Of a stretch of DNA of 64,000 nt, positions 38,784 to 48,685 are shown piece by piece. How positions within the stretch are numbered: position 1 is the first letter of the stretch; every line of letters begins with the position of its first letter. The stretch is from contig JBNGBT010000007.1 in the NCBI GenBank assembly GCA_049903315.1, forward strand, positions 360-64,359, in the 5' to 3' direction. Position numbers and translations under genes: made by a program. This DNA is from Candidatus Cloacimonadota bacterium. Lineage in GTDB: Bacteria; Cloacimonadota; Cloacimonadia; JGIOTU-2. The notes below the pieces were generated by a model. The model was given only the letters and a program-made list of their open reading frames with translations, did no database searches and had not been told where the DNA came from.

Positions 38784-38818
38784 AGAAATAAAAAAACATA
38801 AAGAAAGGAGCAACAAAA

Positions 38819-41623
38819 GTGAAAGTTTGTAGTAAATTTGGACTATTACTTTTGATGTTCATGCTGCTACTGGTGAGTTCTGCATTTGGGATATTGCTTC
38901 CCAATAATGAACCTGTTGAAGGGCTGAGAGTTGAAGATGTTCCTCATGATGATGGTGGAGGGCTCATGCTGAGCTGGAAGCCTCTCCCAAAAGAAAAGCG
39001 CATCATTGAATACCGTATTTACCGCGGCTATACTCCCGATAGTTTATTCTATATCGGAAAGATCCCGGTAGATGCCAAAACAGGTGTTGCAGCTGATACA
39101 ATGAGATATATTGATCAGGGTTGGACATTTTTTGTCGATGCAACCTCACATGCCAAGCTGAAACATGAAAAGGGGCAGAAAAAAGGAACAATAGGAGCAG
39201 AAGTGCTCTTTCGTACCGTTCCTCGTGACATGAAAATCTATGGTCCTATGATGGATCATTATCGCATGCTTGCCGTTATCCCTGATAAAGAATATGTTTA
39301 TCACACGAAGATGAGAGAGTTCACTGATATTGATACAACTGAGGATGGCACTATTGATACGACATCTACGATTCTTGCAGGAATGAAACTTGAGCAGGTC
39401 AAGTATATTCTTACTAAACTGACAGTTGGTAAAGACTATTATTATGCAATTCAAGCACTCAATATGAACCGTAGTGCATCACCTCTTTCTGAAATAGCAA
39501 CTGGACAAACGGTCGATGATCCTCCAGAAAAATTAAAAGAATTCTATGCAGTTGCTGTGACCGATAAGGAGCAGCTTCAGTTCGAATGGTCGTTGCCAGT
39601 ATTTACTTCCGACCAAAAACAATTTAATATTTACCTTTATGATGAATTCGATGATCAGCATCTTATATTTACCCGTCCGGATGCATATCCATACACTCCC
39701 CAGACCAATGCTATTGTTCCTTTCGATTCTATCGCAGCACGTTTTGAAGCATTTAATTCCGCAAATATGAAGTGGTATAAATTCAATATCGGAGAACAGG
39801 ATAGACAGGATCAGGAAACCCTTGCAAAAGATGAACCTATCCCAGCTGAAATCATCACTTCTTCTATGCTGCCCAAACCTCCTATTCATTTCACCGTAAA
39901 AGATCAGCCAAATGATAAAGGTGATCAATTGCAGGTTTTCTTTGGATATCCATATTATGGTCTTTCAAAATTATCCTATAATGATGCTTTTACAAAACTG
40001 ACGGTTAATTATTTCATTACTGAAAATTCCATGTACGAAGTAGACCGACTTATCCTTTCAATCAATGGAATAACGAAAACTGAATATGTGCTTGATAATA
40101 AACTCGATTTCAAGGTCAATTGGGATTATAGTAAGCCAATGAAGATCACAGGAAGTTTTGTCTGTAAACATAAAGGACAAGCACCCTTACCGGAAGATTA
40201 TACAATAACTCATACCTTTATTTTTGATCAGGAAATGCAGGTGGTCCTCGTTGACACTCCTCCTAATGAGCAGATGAAGGAATTTGAAGATTATTACTTC
40301 CAAGTTTACAAGATAAATCATACAAGTGATGTGTATAGATATGCAAAACAGATGTCTTTTAGAGAGCGGGAATATATAGATAAAGTGTCATATGAAACCG
40401 TTCAATTTCGTGGAAGACCCCGTTTCTCTCTCGAAGAAAAGCGACTTTATTTCAGTACATATTTAAGCATTGAAAATTATAAAGATCAGTATCCCTTCTA
40501 CACTCAAGCGCTCTATCTCGATCAACTCAAACAACAGGATGAAGAAATTAAAGAAGAAATCGCAAAACTACAAGCAGAGTTAGAAACCGAAACTGATAAA
40601 GTAGAGATAGAGAAAATTGAAGATCGTATAGATCTTTTCACTGATTATCTTAATGAAAAACCAGCGATCGTCAAAGAAGCAAATCTCTTAAATACTGATA
40701 AAGAAAGAATGAAAATGCTCTATGATGTTCATTGCAAAAATATTCGTTCTTTCAAATATTATATCAGAAAGACTGACGGACGAGGGCACTTTATCGATAC
40801 TCCTGTATATACAGATCCTAATGGCGAACAGTATATCTCTCCCAAACAGAATTGGTTCAACACTGATGAAATAATCACTTTCATTGCAGTGCTTTTATTT
40901 GGAGCGCTCGTGTACTTTATGATCAAAGCAGCGCGCAAAGGAAAGAGGTTATATATCAGACCTATCGCAGGTATTCAGGAGATTGATAATGCGATTGGAC
41001 GAGCTACAGAAATGGGAAGACCAATCCTCTTCGTTCCAGGTTTAAGCGGCATCAGTGACGTGGCAACACTTGCAGGATTAGCGATTCTTAGCAAAGTTGC
41101 GAAGAAAGCTGCTGAATACGACACAAAAATACTCGTTCCATGCCGCGATTTCATCGTACTTCCTATTGCTCAGGAAACTGTAAAAGAAGCACACTATGAA
41201 GCTGGTCGTCCTGATACGTATGATAAAAACAGCGTATTCTTCATCACACAAGCACAGTTCGCTTTTGTAGCTGGTGTGAACGGCATAATGATTCGTGAAA
41301 AAACAGCAACGAACTTCTATATGGGAATGTTCTGGGCTGAATCTCTTCTTATGACAGAAACCGGAAGTATGACAGGTGCAATTCAGATTGCTGGAACTGA
41401 TGCAGTCAATCAGCTGCCTTTCTTCATCACAACATGTGACTATACTCTTATTGGCGAAGAACTCTATGCAGCAAGCGCTTATCTCTCAAATCAACCGCTG
41501 ATTCTTGGTACTCTCAAAGCTCAAGACTATATGAAACTGATTATTGTTCTTACCGTGATCCTTGGCACTATCCTCTCAACTGTTCACCTTACGTTCTTTA
41601 TGAACTGGTTCCCGACCAAATAG
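38819..41623 (+). CDS. Exported FN3-like protein with C-terminal DUF6754-like membrane module
   Basis: Signal peptide; D.P.D.G..L...W FN3-like motifs; RPIAG..EID.AIGRATEMGRP, QLPFF...CDYTLIGEELYAASAYLS. Confidence 0.7.
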   Translation: MKVCSKFGLLLLMFMLLLVSSAFGILLPNNEPVEGLRVEDVPHDDGGGLMLSWKPLPKEKRIIEYRIYRGYTPDSLFYIGKIPVDAKTGVAADTMRYIDQGWTFFVDATSHAKLKHEKGQKKGTIGAEVLFRTVPRDMKIYGPMMDHYRMLAVIPDKEYVYHTKMREFTDIDTTEDGTIDTTSTILAGMKLEQVKYILTKLTVGKDYYYAIQALNMNRSASPLSEIATGQTVDDPPEKLKEFYAVAVTDKEQLQFEWSLPVFTSDQKQFNIYLYDEFDDQHLIFTRPDAYPYTPQTNAIVPFDSIAARFEAFNSANMKWYKFNIGEQDRQDQETLAKDEPIPAEIITSSMLPKPPIHFTVKDQPNDKGDQLQVFFGYPYYGLSKLSYNDAFTKLTVNYFITENSMYEVDRLILSINGITKTEYVLDNKLDFKVNWDYSKPMKITGSFVCKHKGQAPLPEDYTITHTFIFDQEMQVVLVDTPPNEQMKEFEDYYFQVYKINHTSDVYRYAKQMSFREREYIDKVSYETVQFRGRPRFSLEEKRLYFSTYLSIENYKDQYPFYTQALYLDQLKQQDEEIKEEIAKLQAELETETDKVEIEKIEDRIDLFTDYLNEKPAIVKEANLLNTDKERMKMLYDVHCKNIRSFKYYIRKTDGRGHFIDTPVYTDPNGEQYISPKQNWFNTDEIITFIAVLLFGALVYFMIKAARKGKRLYIRPIAGIQEIDNAIGRATEMGRPILFVPGLSGISDVATLAGLAILSKVAKKAAEYDTKILVPCRDFIVLPIAQETVKEAHYEAGRPDTYDKNSVFFITQAQFAFVAGVNGIMIREKTATNFYMGMFWAESLLMTETGSMTGAIQIAGTDAVNQLPFFITTCDYTLIGEELYAASAYLSNQPLILGTLKAQDYMKLIIVLTVILGTILSTVHLTFFMNWFPTK

Positions 41624-41637
41624 AAAGGAGTATCATA

Positions 41638-42261
41638 ATGAAAAGACAAATACCTTTATTTATAGTTTTGATACTTGGTTTACTTTTCGTAGCTCATGTA
41701 TTTATTCCAAGCAAGCTCTCTTCTGACTACCTTGACTGGTTCATGAAATGGACGAAAGTCATTGGTCCTTTCGCAATCGTACTTGGTGTATTCAGTCTTG
41801 TACTTGTACACTATAATAAAATAAAACGTAAAGCTCCAAACTGGGGATATAGTATTGTGACACTTGCAGCGTTGGTGATAACAACATCGGTTGGCTTCAT
41901 CTGGGGTATCCAGGAGGGTACTCCATATATGTGGATTTTTGAAAACTTCAATGTTCCACTCGGGGCGACTATGTTCTCATTGCTGGCTTTTTATATAGCA
42001 TCTGCAGCATACAAAGCGTTCCGTGCTCGATCTGTCGAAGCAACTGTGCTGCTTATCGCAGCTATAATTGTCATGCTTGGTCGTGTTTCCATCGGACAGG
42101 CAATTACTCATTGGATTCCGGACATTACAGAATGGATCCTTAATGTTCCTAATCTCGCAGCTAAGCGCGGTATTGCGCTTGGTGTAGGACTTGGTATGAC
42201 TGCAACGTCCCTTAAGATCATGCTTGGGATTGAGCGATCATATCTTGGTGGAAGGGATTAA
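41638..42261 (+). CDS. Uncharacterised integral membrane protein
   Basis: About 6 TM; ATMFSLLAFYIASAAYKAFRAR, LKIMLGIER. Confidence 0.75.
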   Translation: MKRQIPLFIVLILGLLFVAHVFIPSKLSSDYLDWFMKWTKVIGPFAIVLGVFSLVLVHYNKIKRKAPNWGYSIVTLAALVITTSVGFIWGIQEGTPYMWIFENFNVPLGATMFSLLAFYIASAAYKAFRARSVEATVLLIAAIIVMLGRVSIGQAITHWIPDITEWILNVPNLAAKRGIALGVGLGMTATSLKIMLGIERSYLGGRD

Positions 42262-42270
42262 GGGGGTATA

Positions 42271-43224
42271 ATGAAATTCGCAGATAGTATTCAAAAAGTA
42301 GATAGAAGAATAATCTATGGAATCCTTGCCATTGCAGTCATTCTCCCTCTGGTTTTCCGTCTTGGATTAAAGACCTATACAACCACACCTGTTGAAGACT
42401 TATATCGTCACATTGACGCTGCTGCCGGTAAAGATGACATGGCAATCCTTATGGATTTCACACATGACCCGGGCGTCCTTCCAGAGTTATATCCTATGGA
42501 CCTGGCAATCCTCAGACATTGTTTTCAAAGGAATATCAAAGTATTCACGATCTCATTCCTTCCGCAGGGAGCAGCAATTATTCAATTGGCACTTTCTGAA
42601 GTAAAAGAAGACTACCCGAACATTGAAGCTAATGTTGATTATTGCAACTTCGGTTTTAAGCCATGGAGTTTGAAACTTCCTATTATGCTTGGTATGGGTG
42701 ATGATATTGCAGAAGCGGTTGAAACAAACAGTGAGGGACTCTCGCTTGAGAATCTTCCTATTATGCAGAATCTGAAAAATTATGATAACATACAAGTTGT
42801 TGTAGAGATTTCAGGTTCTTCAATGGGGCAGTTCTGGGTTACGTATGCACGCGCAAAATTTGGTGTTGATGTTGCAGTTGGTCTTACAGCGGTTATGGCT
42901 GCAGACGTGTATCCTTTCCTGCAGACTGGTCAATTTGTTGGTAGTCTTGGCGGGTTGAAAGGTGCCGCAGAGTATGAGCAGCTTGTAGATATCTTTGCGA
43001 TGAATGGTACTGAGTTCAGCAAGAAAAATGCACGTAATATGGCGTGGGTCGAAGCACAATATGAAGAGTTGCCGGAATTAGCAAAACTCTATAAGTATAA
43101 TAAAGCTCGTATCGGCATGGATGCACAGGCAATTGTTCACGTTCTTATCATTCTCTTCATTATTCTTGGTAATATTGGCTACTTTCTTGATCGACGTGCA
43201 CAGAAAAAAAAGTTTGGTAAATAA
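42271..43224 (+). CDS. Uncharacterised membrane-anchored protein
   Basis: DRRIIY, TAVMAADVYPFLQTGQ..G.LGGLKGAAEYE; TMs at both ends. Confidence 0.75.
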   Translation: MKFADSIQKVDRRIIYGILAIAVILPLVFRLGLKTYTTTPVEDLYRHIDAAAGKDDMAILMDFTHDPGVLPELYPMDLAILRHCFQRNIKVFTISFLPQGAAIIQLALSEVKEDYPNIEANVDYCNFGFKPWSLKLPIMLGMGDDIAEAVETNSEGLSLENLPIMQNLKNYDNIQVVVEISGSSMGQFWVTYARAKFGVDVAVGLTAVMAADVYPFLQTGQFVGSLGGLKGAAEYEQLVDIFAMNGTEFSKKNARNMAWVEAQYEELPELAKLYKYNKARIGMDAQAIVHVLIILFIILGNIGYFLDRRAQKKKFGK

Positions 43225-43234
43225 GGAGTAAAAA

Positions 43235-43834
43235 ATGACTGAAACAATTGGAATCTGGATTGCTGCATTTTTGACACTCTGCATGTTTTCTTTCCTGTAC
43301 AAGGATAATCCTTTCTACAAATTTGCAGAGCATCTCTTCGTAGGCGTTTCGATGGGTTATTATATTCCTTATACATTTTATAATGCCTTCATACCGTACG
43401 CATACGAACCTTTGTTCCTAAAAAAGGAATACATTCTTATCATACCCTTTATCATTGGTATCATGTATTGGTTCAGGTTTTCTTCAAAATATAGCTGGAT
43501 CAGCCGCTATCCCATTGCGTTTGGCATGGGTATAGTTGGTATGGGTGTTCCAATGGGTATGCATGCAAATGTGCTGGTACAAATGAGGACTATGATGCTC
43601 CCCCTCAATAATATCAACATCATATTGATTTTTGTCGGAACGATCAGCATCTTATTGTATTTCTTCTTCTCCAAAGCCCATAAAGGGGTGTACGGAAAGT
43701 TCACGTCCATTGGTATCTGGTTCATGATGGTCGGATTCGGAGCATCCTTCGGTTACACTGTGATGGCTCGTATCTCGCTACTCATTGGACGAGTGCAATT
43801 CCTTCTTGGTGATTGGTTAGGATTGATAAAGTAA
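43235..43834 (+). CDS. Uncharacterised integral membrane protein
   Basis: WIAAFLTL..FSFLYKDNPFYKFAEHLFVG, FGASFGYTVMARISLLIGR.QFLL.DWLG. Confidence 0.75.
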   Translation: MTETIGIWIAAFLTLCMFSFLYKDNPFYKFAEHLFVGVSMGYYIPYTFYNAFIPYAYEPLFLKKEYILIIPFIIGIMYWFRFSSKYSWISRYPIAFGMGIVGMGVPMGMHANVLVQMRTMMLPLNNINIILIFVGTISILLYFFFSKAHKGVYGKFTSIGIWFMMVGFGASFGYTVMARISLLIGRVQFLLGDWLGLIK

Positions 43835-43849
43835 AAATTCTCATTATAT

Positions 43850-43897
43850 AAAAGCACAAAGATTATGATAGGATGTCATGGCTTTGTGCTTTTTCTT
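43850..43897 (+). terminator. Terminator closing the four-gene membrane operon
   Basis: aaaagcacaaag-attatgata-gga-tgtcatgg-ctttgtgctttt. Confidence 0.7.
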
Positions 43898-43905
43898 CTT
43901 TGAAC

Positions 43906-44937
43906 ATGAAAAGAAAAATAATTCAAATCGGATTTCTCATAATACTTCTCGTCGTAATTTATGTGAGGATCTCACACGAGAAAAGCAAACCAATTAAGGA
44001 AACGCGTTTTGCACTCGGTACTTTTGTAACCATAGATATTCAAGAAAGAAATAGGCATAACAATGCAATTATTGATTCCGCATTTACGCTTATTCAAACC
44101 TTAGAAAAGCAGTTCTCACTTACGTATCTTAGAAGTGAGACCAACAAAATAAATATTTGTAAAGATTCAATACACATCTCAGAAGATATGCAGGACTTGC
44201 TGCAAATTGCACACCAGACAAGCAAGGAGACCGAAGGTGCATTTGATGTGACAGTAGGCAAGATAATATACATGTATGATTTTGTTGATGAAATCATGCC
44301 CACAGCCGAAGAGATAGATTCTGCTCTTTTTTTTGTTGGACATGAGAAAATTGTCTGTAACAATGATAATTTCATCAAGGATGATCCAGAAATTTTCATT
44401 GATCTCGGAGGAATAGCAAAGGGATTTATCGTTGATAAAGCTATTCGATATATAATAGAAAATGGCATAAATTATGCGGCAATAAATGCAGGGGGCGACC
44501 TCTTTGTGTTGAGTAATCCAGAGACAGAAACCTGGAAGATTGGCATTCAACATCCCCGAAATCAATCAGCATTATTTGGTTCGATCGAAGTCAAAGATAG
44601 GGCTGTAGTAACTTCCGGAGATTATGAACAATTTTTTATAAAAGAGGGAAAGCGTATTCATCACATTATCGATCCCAAGACCGGACTTCCTTCCTATAAT
44701 TCTGTGAGTGTTACTGTTATAGCACGAAATGCTACAATTGCAGATGCATTATGTACAGCACTTTTTGTGATAGGACCAAATCTGGGCATCAAACTTGTGG
44801 ATCAGAAAGTTGATATCGAAGCGCTTATTATTTTTGAACAAGATGGGGAACTTTGCTATGTTATTTCAGATAATTTTGACAAATTTAACTTCACTTTGTT
44901 AGACTCAACTGCACTTTTTATAAAGGATTTGCAATGA
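43906..44937 (+). CDS. apbE: FAD:protein FMN transferase
   Basis: FDVTVG, IDLGGIAKG..VD, NAGGD, VTSGDYEQ, HHIIDPKTG, ADALCTA. Confidence 0.93.
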   Translation: MKRKIIQIGFLIILLVVIYVRISHEKSKPIKETRFALGTFVTIDIQERNRHNNAIIDSAFTLIQTLEKQFSLTYLRSETNKINICKDSIHISEDMQDLLQIAHQTSKETEGAFDVTVGKIIYMYDFVDEIMPTAEEIDSALFFVGHEKIVCNNDNFIKDDPEIFIDLGGIAKGFIVDKAIRYIIENGINYAAINAGGDLFVLSNPETETWKIGIQHPRNQSALFGSIEVKDRAVVTSGDYEQFFIKEGKRIHHIIDPKTGLPSYNSVSVTVIARNATIADALCTALFVIGPNLGIKLVDQKVDIEALIIFEQDGELCYVISDNFDKFNFTLLDSTALFIKDLQ

Positions 44938-45704
44938 AATTGAATGATATTCAAAACCAGAAAGACACAAGAAAAATTCCGATTAATAAAGTTGGCGTCA
45001 AAGGACTCAAATATCCTGTAGTGCTTCAGGACAAATCAAATGGCACCCAGAATTCCGTTGCTGATATCAATATGTATGTTGAACTTCCTCACGATTTCCG
45101 TGGTACTCATATGAGCAGGTTTATAGAGATACTTCACCATTATCATCAGGAAACGATCATTGATAATCTTGAAAAGCTGCTTCAAGAGATGAAAACGAAA
45201 CTTGATGCTGATGTTGCATATCTCGAAATGGAATTTCCTTATTTTATAAAAAAAGCAGCACCTGTGACAAAAGCAGAATCTCTTTCATCTTATCAATGCG
45301 GCTTCAAAGCAAGTCTGGGCAAAAAATTTATTTTTGAAATGTATGCAAAAGTGCCGGTCCTTTCTTTATGCCCTTGTTCGAAAGAAATCAGCACGAATAG
45401 CGCTCATAATCAGAGAGCATATGTGACGGTGAGTATTTTATACAAAGATTTTGTGTGGCTTGAAGAACTTATAGAGCTCATCGAAAAATCCGCAAGCTGT
45501 GAAGTGTATTCATTGTTGAAAAGACCAGATGAGAAATATGTCACAGAGAAAAGCTATGATAATCCAAAATTTGTCGAAGATATAGCGCGGGATATAGCTC
45601 TTGCGCTTAAGAAGGATGTACGAATTTCCAATTTTACCGTTGAAGCTGAAAGCATTGAGTCAATCCATAATCATAATGCTTTTGCTATGATCACAAACTC
45701 ATAA
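44934..45704 (+). CDS. folE2: GTP cyclohydrolase IB
   Basis: RGTHMSRF, LCPCSKEIS, AHNQR, LLKRPDEK, NPKFVED, ESIHNHNA. Confidence 0.95.
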   Translation: MKLNDIQNQKDTRKIPINKVGVKGLKYPVVLQDKSNGTQNSVADINMYVELPHDFRGTHMSRFIEILHHYHQETIIDNLEKLLQEMKTKLDADVAYLEMEFPYFIKKAAPVTKAESLSSYQCGFKASLGKKFIFEMYAKVPVLSLCPCSKEISTNSAHNQRAYVTVSILYKDFVWLEELIELIEKSASCEVYSLLKRPDEKYVTEKSYDNPKFVEDIARDIALALKKDVRISNFTVEAESIESIHNHNAFAMITNS

Positions 45705-45713
45705 GGAAAAATT

Positions 45714-46478
45714 ATGATTAAAAGAGAAAAAATCGTAAAATTTTGTAATGAATATTTGAAGGTAGATACTTTTAAAGATTATTGTTATAATGGACTGCAG
45801 ATTGAGGGGAAAGAAGATATTTCTAAGATTGTGACCGGTGTGAGTCTTTCCAGACAGTTTATTGAAAAAGCAATTGAGGAAAAAGCTGATATGATAGTGG
45901 TCCATCACGGTTTATTTAAGAATCAGCTTGGCGATCCACCTCGAATAATCGGCATTTTTAAGAATAGAATTAAATTACTGATGCAACACGACATAAACCT
46001 CTGTGGCTATCATCTCCCCCTTGATGCGCATCCTGAAATAGGTAATAATATCAGTCTTGCGCGACTTTTAAAACTCATAAACCTCGAACATCTGATTTCC
46101 CCATATTATGGTGAGATTGGATATATTGGAGACATGAAGGTTGAAATGAAATTCATTGATTTTATCTCATATGTTAATAAAATGCTTCATACACAATCAT
46201 TTATCATTGCGGCAGGTCATGAATGGGTAAAAAAGGTTGGCATCATATCCGGTGGAAGTGCTATTGAATATTCTGAAGCATTTGCACAAGGCGCAGATAC
46301 ATTCATTACTGGAGAAATAAAAGAGAATATCGTGCGTGAAGTTGAAGAAACAGGAATGAATTTTATTAATGCAGGACACTATAATACCGAAAAACTCGGC
46401 ATACAAAACCTGGGGAAACTTGTGTCAGAGAAGTTCAACATTCAGATGAAATTCATTGATATTCCATGTGAGGTATAA
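45714..46478 (+). CDS. Nif3-like dinuclear metal centre protein (YbgI)
   Basis: DYCYNGLQIEG, VHHG, YHLPLDAHPEIGNN, AGHYNTE. Confidence 0.93.
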   Translation: MIKREKIVKFCNEYLKVDTFKDYCYNGLQIEGKEDISKIVTGVSLSRQFIEKAIEEKADMIVVHHGLFKNQLGDPPRIIGIFKNRIKLLMQHDINLCGYHLPLDAHPEIGNNISLARLLKLINLEHLISPYYGEIGYIGDMKVEMKFIDFISYVNKMLHTQSFIIAAGHEWVKKVGIISGGSAIEYSEAFAQGADTFITGEIKENIVREVEETGMNFINAGHYNTEKLGIQNLGKLVSEKFNIQMKFIDIPCEV

Positions 46479-46547
46479 TTTTTGACACATTATTGACAGA
46501 AAAATTTTCTATTTATAAATGTTGATTATTCACATTTAGGAGATACA

Positions 46548-47819
46548 ATGATTGGCGGTCCTTCAAAGAAAAAGGTCATGGAAGAGCTCGAGCAGAAGAA
46601 TAAGCGTATTCGAGAACTCGAAATAATGGAGAGTAAATATCAACAAACACGTGAGAATTTGCTCCAAATTGCTCGAAATCTTAATCAAAGAATCAGTGAA
46701 GTCAAATGTCTTTATAATATAACAAGTCTCGTAGAAAAACCGAACATCACAATTGAAGGTGTTTTAAAGGGAACAATCGAACAAGTACCAAAAGCATGGC
46801 AATTTCCAGAAATAACTTGTGCAAAAGTTACTTGGGGTGAAAAGGAATTTCAAACCGAGAATTACCATACACCGATTTCTTATCTCAAAGCTGAAATTAA
46901 AGTTTACGGAGAATCCGTCGCAACAATCGAGGTTGGTTATCTTGAGAAGAAACCGACGAGTTTTGAAGGTCCCTTTACAAAAGATGAGAGGGAACTCCTC
47001 AACTCTATTGCAAAGCAGCTTGGTCGGATCATCGAACAAAAACAAGCCGAACAGGGTTTGATCAGATTGCAGAAAGCAATACAAACCATGCGCCTTGGAG
47101 TTACTATTACTGATCAGGATAGAAATATTGTCTATACGAATCCTGCAGATGCAAAGATGCATGGATATACTGTTGAGGAATTGATTGGAAAGGATGTGCG
47201 CCTTTTCTCTCCAAAGGAAAACATCTCTCCTGTAGATGAAATCGATAAGTGGAAAGGAATGACGCGGGAAAGCGTCAATTTACGTAAAGATGGTTCTTCT
47301 TTCCCGGTAAGGCTTGTCTCTGATGTAGTGAAAGATAATGAAGGTGAGACTGTTGGATTTGTAACAATCTCAGAAGATCTCACTGAGCGTATGAGTGCAG
47401 AACATGCAAAAAAAGCTTTCGAAACTATGCGCCTTGGTGTCACCCTTACAGATACCGACAGAAGAATTATATACACAAATCCCGCAGACGCACTTATGCA
47501 TGGATACGAAGTCGCTGAACTCCTTGGCAAGGACGTGCGGCTATTTTCCCCGCCTGATCTTCATAAATACACCACAAAGGGTGAAATCACTAAATGGAAG
47601 GGCAAAGTTCGTGAGAGTATAAATATCCGCAAGGATGGCACATTATTCGCAGTACGCCTTATTACTGATGTTGTGAAAAATATGCGGGGAGAAACCATTG
47701 CTTTTGTCACAATATCTGAAGATATTTCTGACAGGGTAACAATACACGAGGTTGATCCTGAATCTGAAAGTAAAGAAAAGATCGATTTCGGAGAAACAGG
47801 ACATCCATTAAAAAGTTAA
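46548..47819 (+). CDS. Sensor protein: coiled coil, GAF-like region and two PAS domains, with no output domain
   Basis: AWQFPEITCAK...EGPF..DERELL GAF-like segment; two YTNPAD..MHGY...EL.GKDVRLFSP PAS repeats. Confidence 0.8.
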   Translation: MIGGPSKKKVMEELEQKNKRIRELEIMESKYQQTRENLLQIARNLNQRISEVKCLYNITSLVEKPNITIEGVLKGTIEQVPKAWQFPEITCAKVTWGEKEFQTENYHTPISYLKAEIKVYGESVATIEVGYLEKKPTSFEGPFTKDERELLNSIAKQLGRIIEQKQAEQGLIRLQKAIQTMRLGVTITDQDRNIVYTNPADAKMHGYTVEELIGKDVRLFSPKENISPVDEIDKWKGMTRESVNLRKDGSSFPVRLVSDVVKDNEGETVGFVTISEDLTERMSAEHAKKAFETMRLGVTLTDTDRRIIYTNPADALMHGYEVAELLGKDVRLFSPPDLHKYTTKGEITKWKGKVRESINIRKDGTLFAVRLITDVVKNMRGETIAFVTISEDISDRVTIHEVDPESESKEKIDFGETGHPLKS

Positions 47820-47844
47820 AGATATTCCTATTTATATATTAAAT

Positions 47845-47875
47845 GAACCTCTCAGCCTGAGAGGTTCTTTTTTTT
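47845..47875 (+). terminator. Terminator between convergent genes
   Basis: gaacctctca-gcc-tgagaggttc followed by T8. Confidence 0.85.
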
Positions 47876-48671
47876 ATTCAATAATTTCTAAAAGGGAAGC
47901 TTTGTAGTGTAAATTTTCATCACCGGACAACCATTTATCCAACCCATGATACAATGCTTTTTTCCATGAACCATGCATCGGATTTGGTAAAATGATGAAT
48001 TTTCGTCCCCATTCTGTACGAAGTGAATCTGTAATATTTTTTCGTTCATCAATGGATTCATTATAATAATCACCAAGAAAATCAACACAATTATCACCTA
48101 TAAATAGAATGACAACATAATCTTCACTTACCTTGTCGCGTCTCTGTTGTTTAGTATCATCTGAGTCCCGCATAAGTAGGTGATTATTATCAGCTTGGGG
48201 AAGTTCCAGATCTACAATCTGCTGAAGTGTGATGTCAGTAGAATTATCCCTTCTGTTCGTTACATAGAAAATACTGTAACCTTCTTTATCAAGATACTCT
48301 AAGAACTCACCCGCTCCCGGAATGAGTGTTGCGTCACCGGACGCAATCCATTCATAGAATTCCTTAGGATATTCTTGCTCTCTTATCACACCGGTAGCAT
48401 TATATTTTGCATTGAATAAGACCGTCTCATCTAGATCAATAATGACAGCACGTGGTTTAGGCCATTCTTTCATCAGATCAATATGGATTCTGTCATATGC
48501 GACATTGAATGCCTGGTAACACAGCGCTCGGTATTCGGATGACGTTTGCTGCCACAATGCAGCAGTGAGACTTTCTTTCTCATTGAAACCATCATCTTCT
48601 GCAATGACAAATGAGGGAAATGAGCATAATATGATAAAAGTTATAATACCAAAAATTAAATATTTTTTCAT
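47874..48671 (-). CDS. Class C acid phosphatase / 5'-nucleotidase e(P4) family
   Basis: EYRALCYQAFN, IDLDETVL, FYVTNR, IGDN..DF, FIILPNPMHGSW. Confidence 0.9.
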   Translation of the reverse strand: MKKYLIFGIITFIILCSFPSFVIAEDDGFNEKESLTAALWQQTSSEYRALCYQAFNVAYDRIHIDLMKEWPKPRAVIIDLDETVLFNAKYNATGVIREQEYPKEFYEWIASGDATLIPGAGEFLEYLDKEGYSIFYVTNRRDNSTDITLQQIVDLELPQADNNHLLMRDSDDTKQQRRDKVSEDYVVILFIGDNCVDFLGDYYNESIDERKNITDSLRTEWGRKFIILPNPMHGSWKKALYHGLDKWLSGDENLHYKASLLEIIE

Positions 48672-48685
48672 GATTATCCTTATTT

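Noticed and set aside
43906..44937. apbE as part of the DUF6754 operon (flavinylated complex)
   Set aside because: A terminator-like hairpin lies between them, and I found no clear [ST]GA[ST] flavinylation motif in the exported regions
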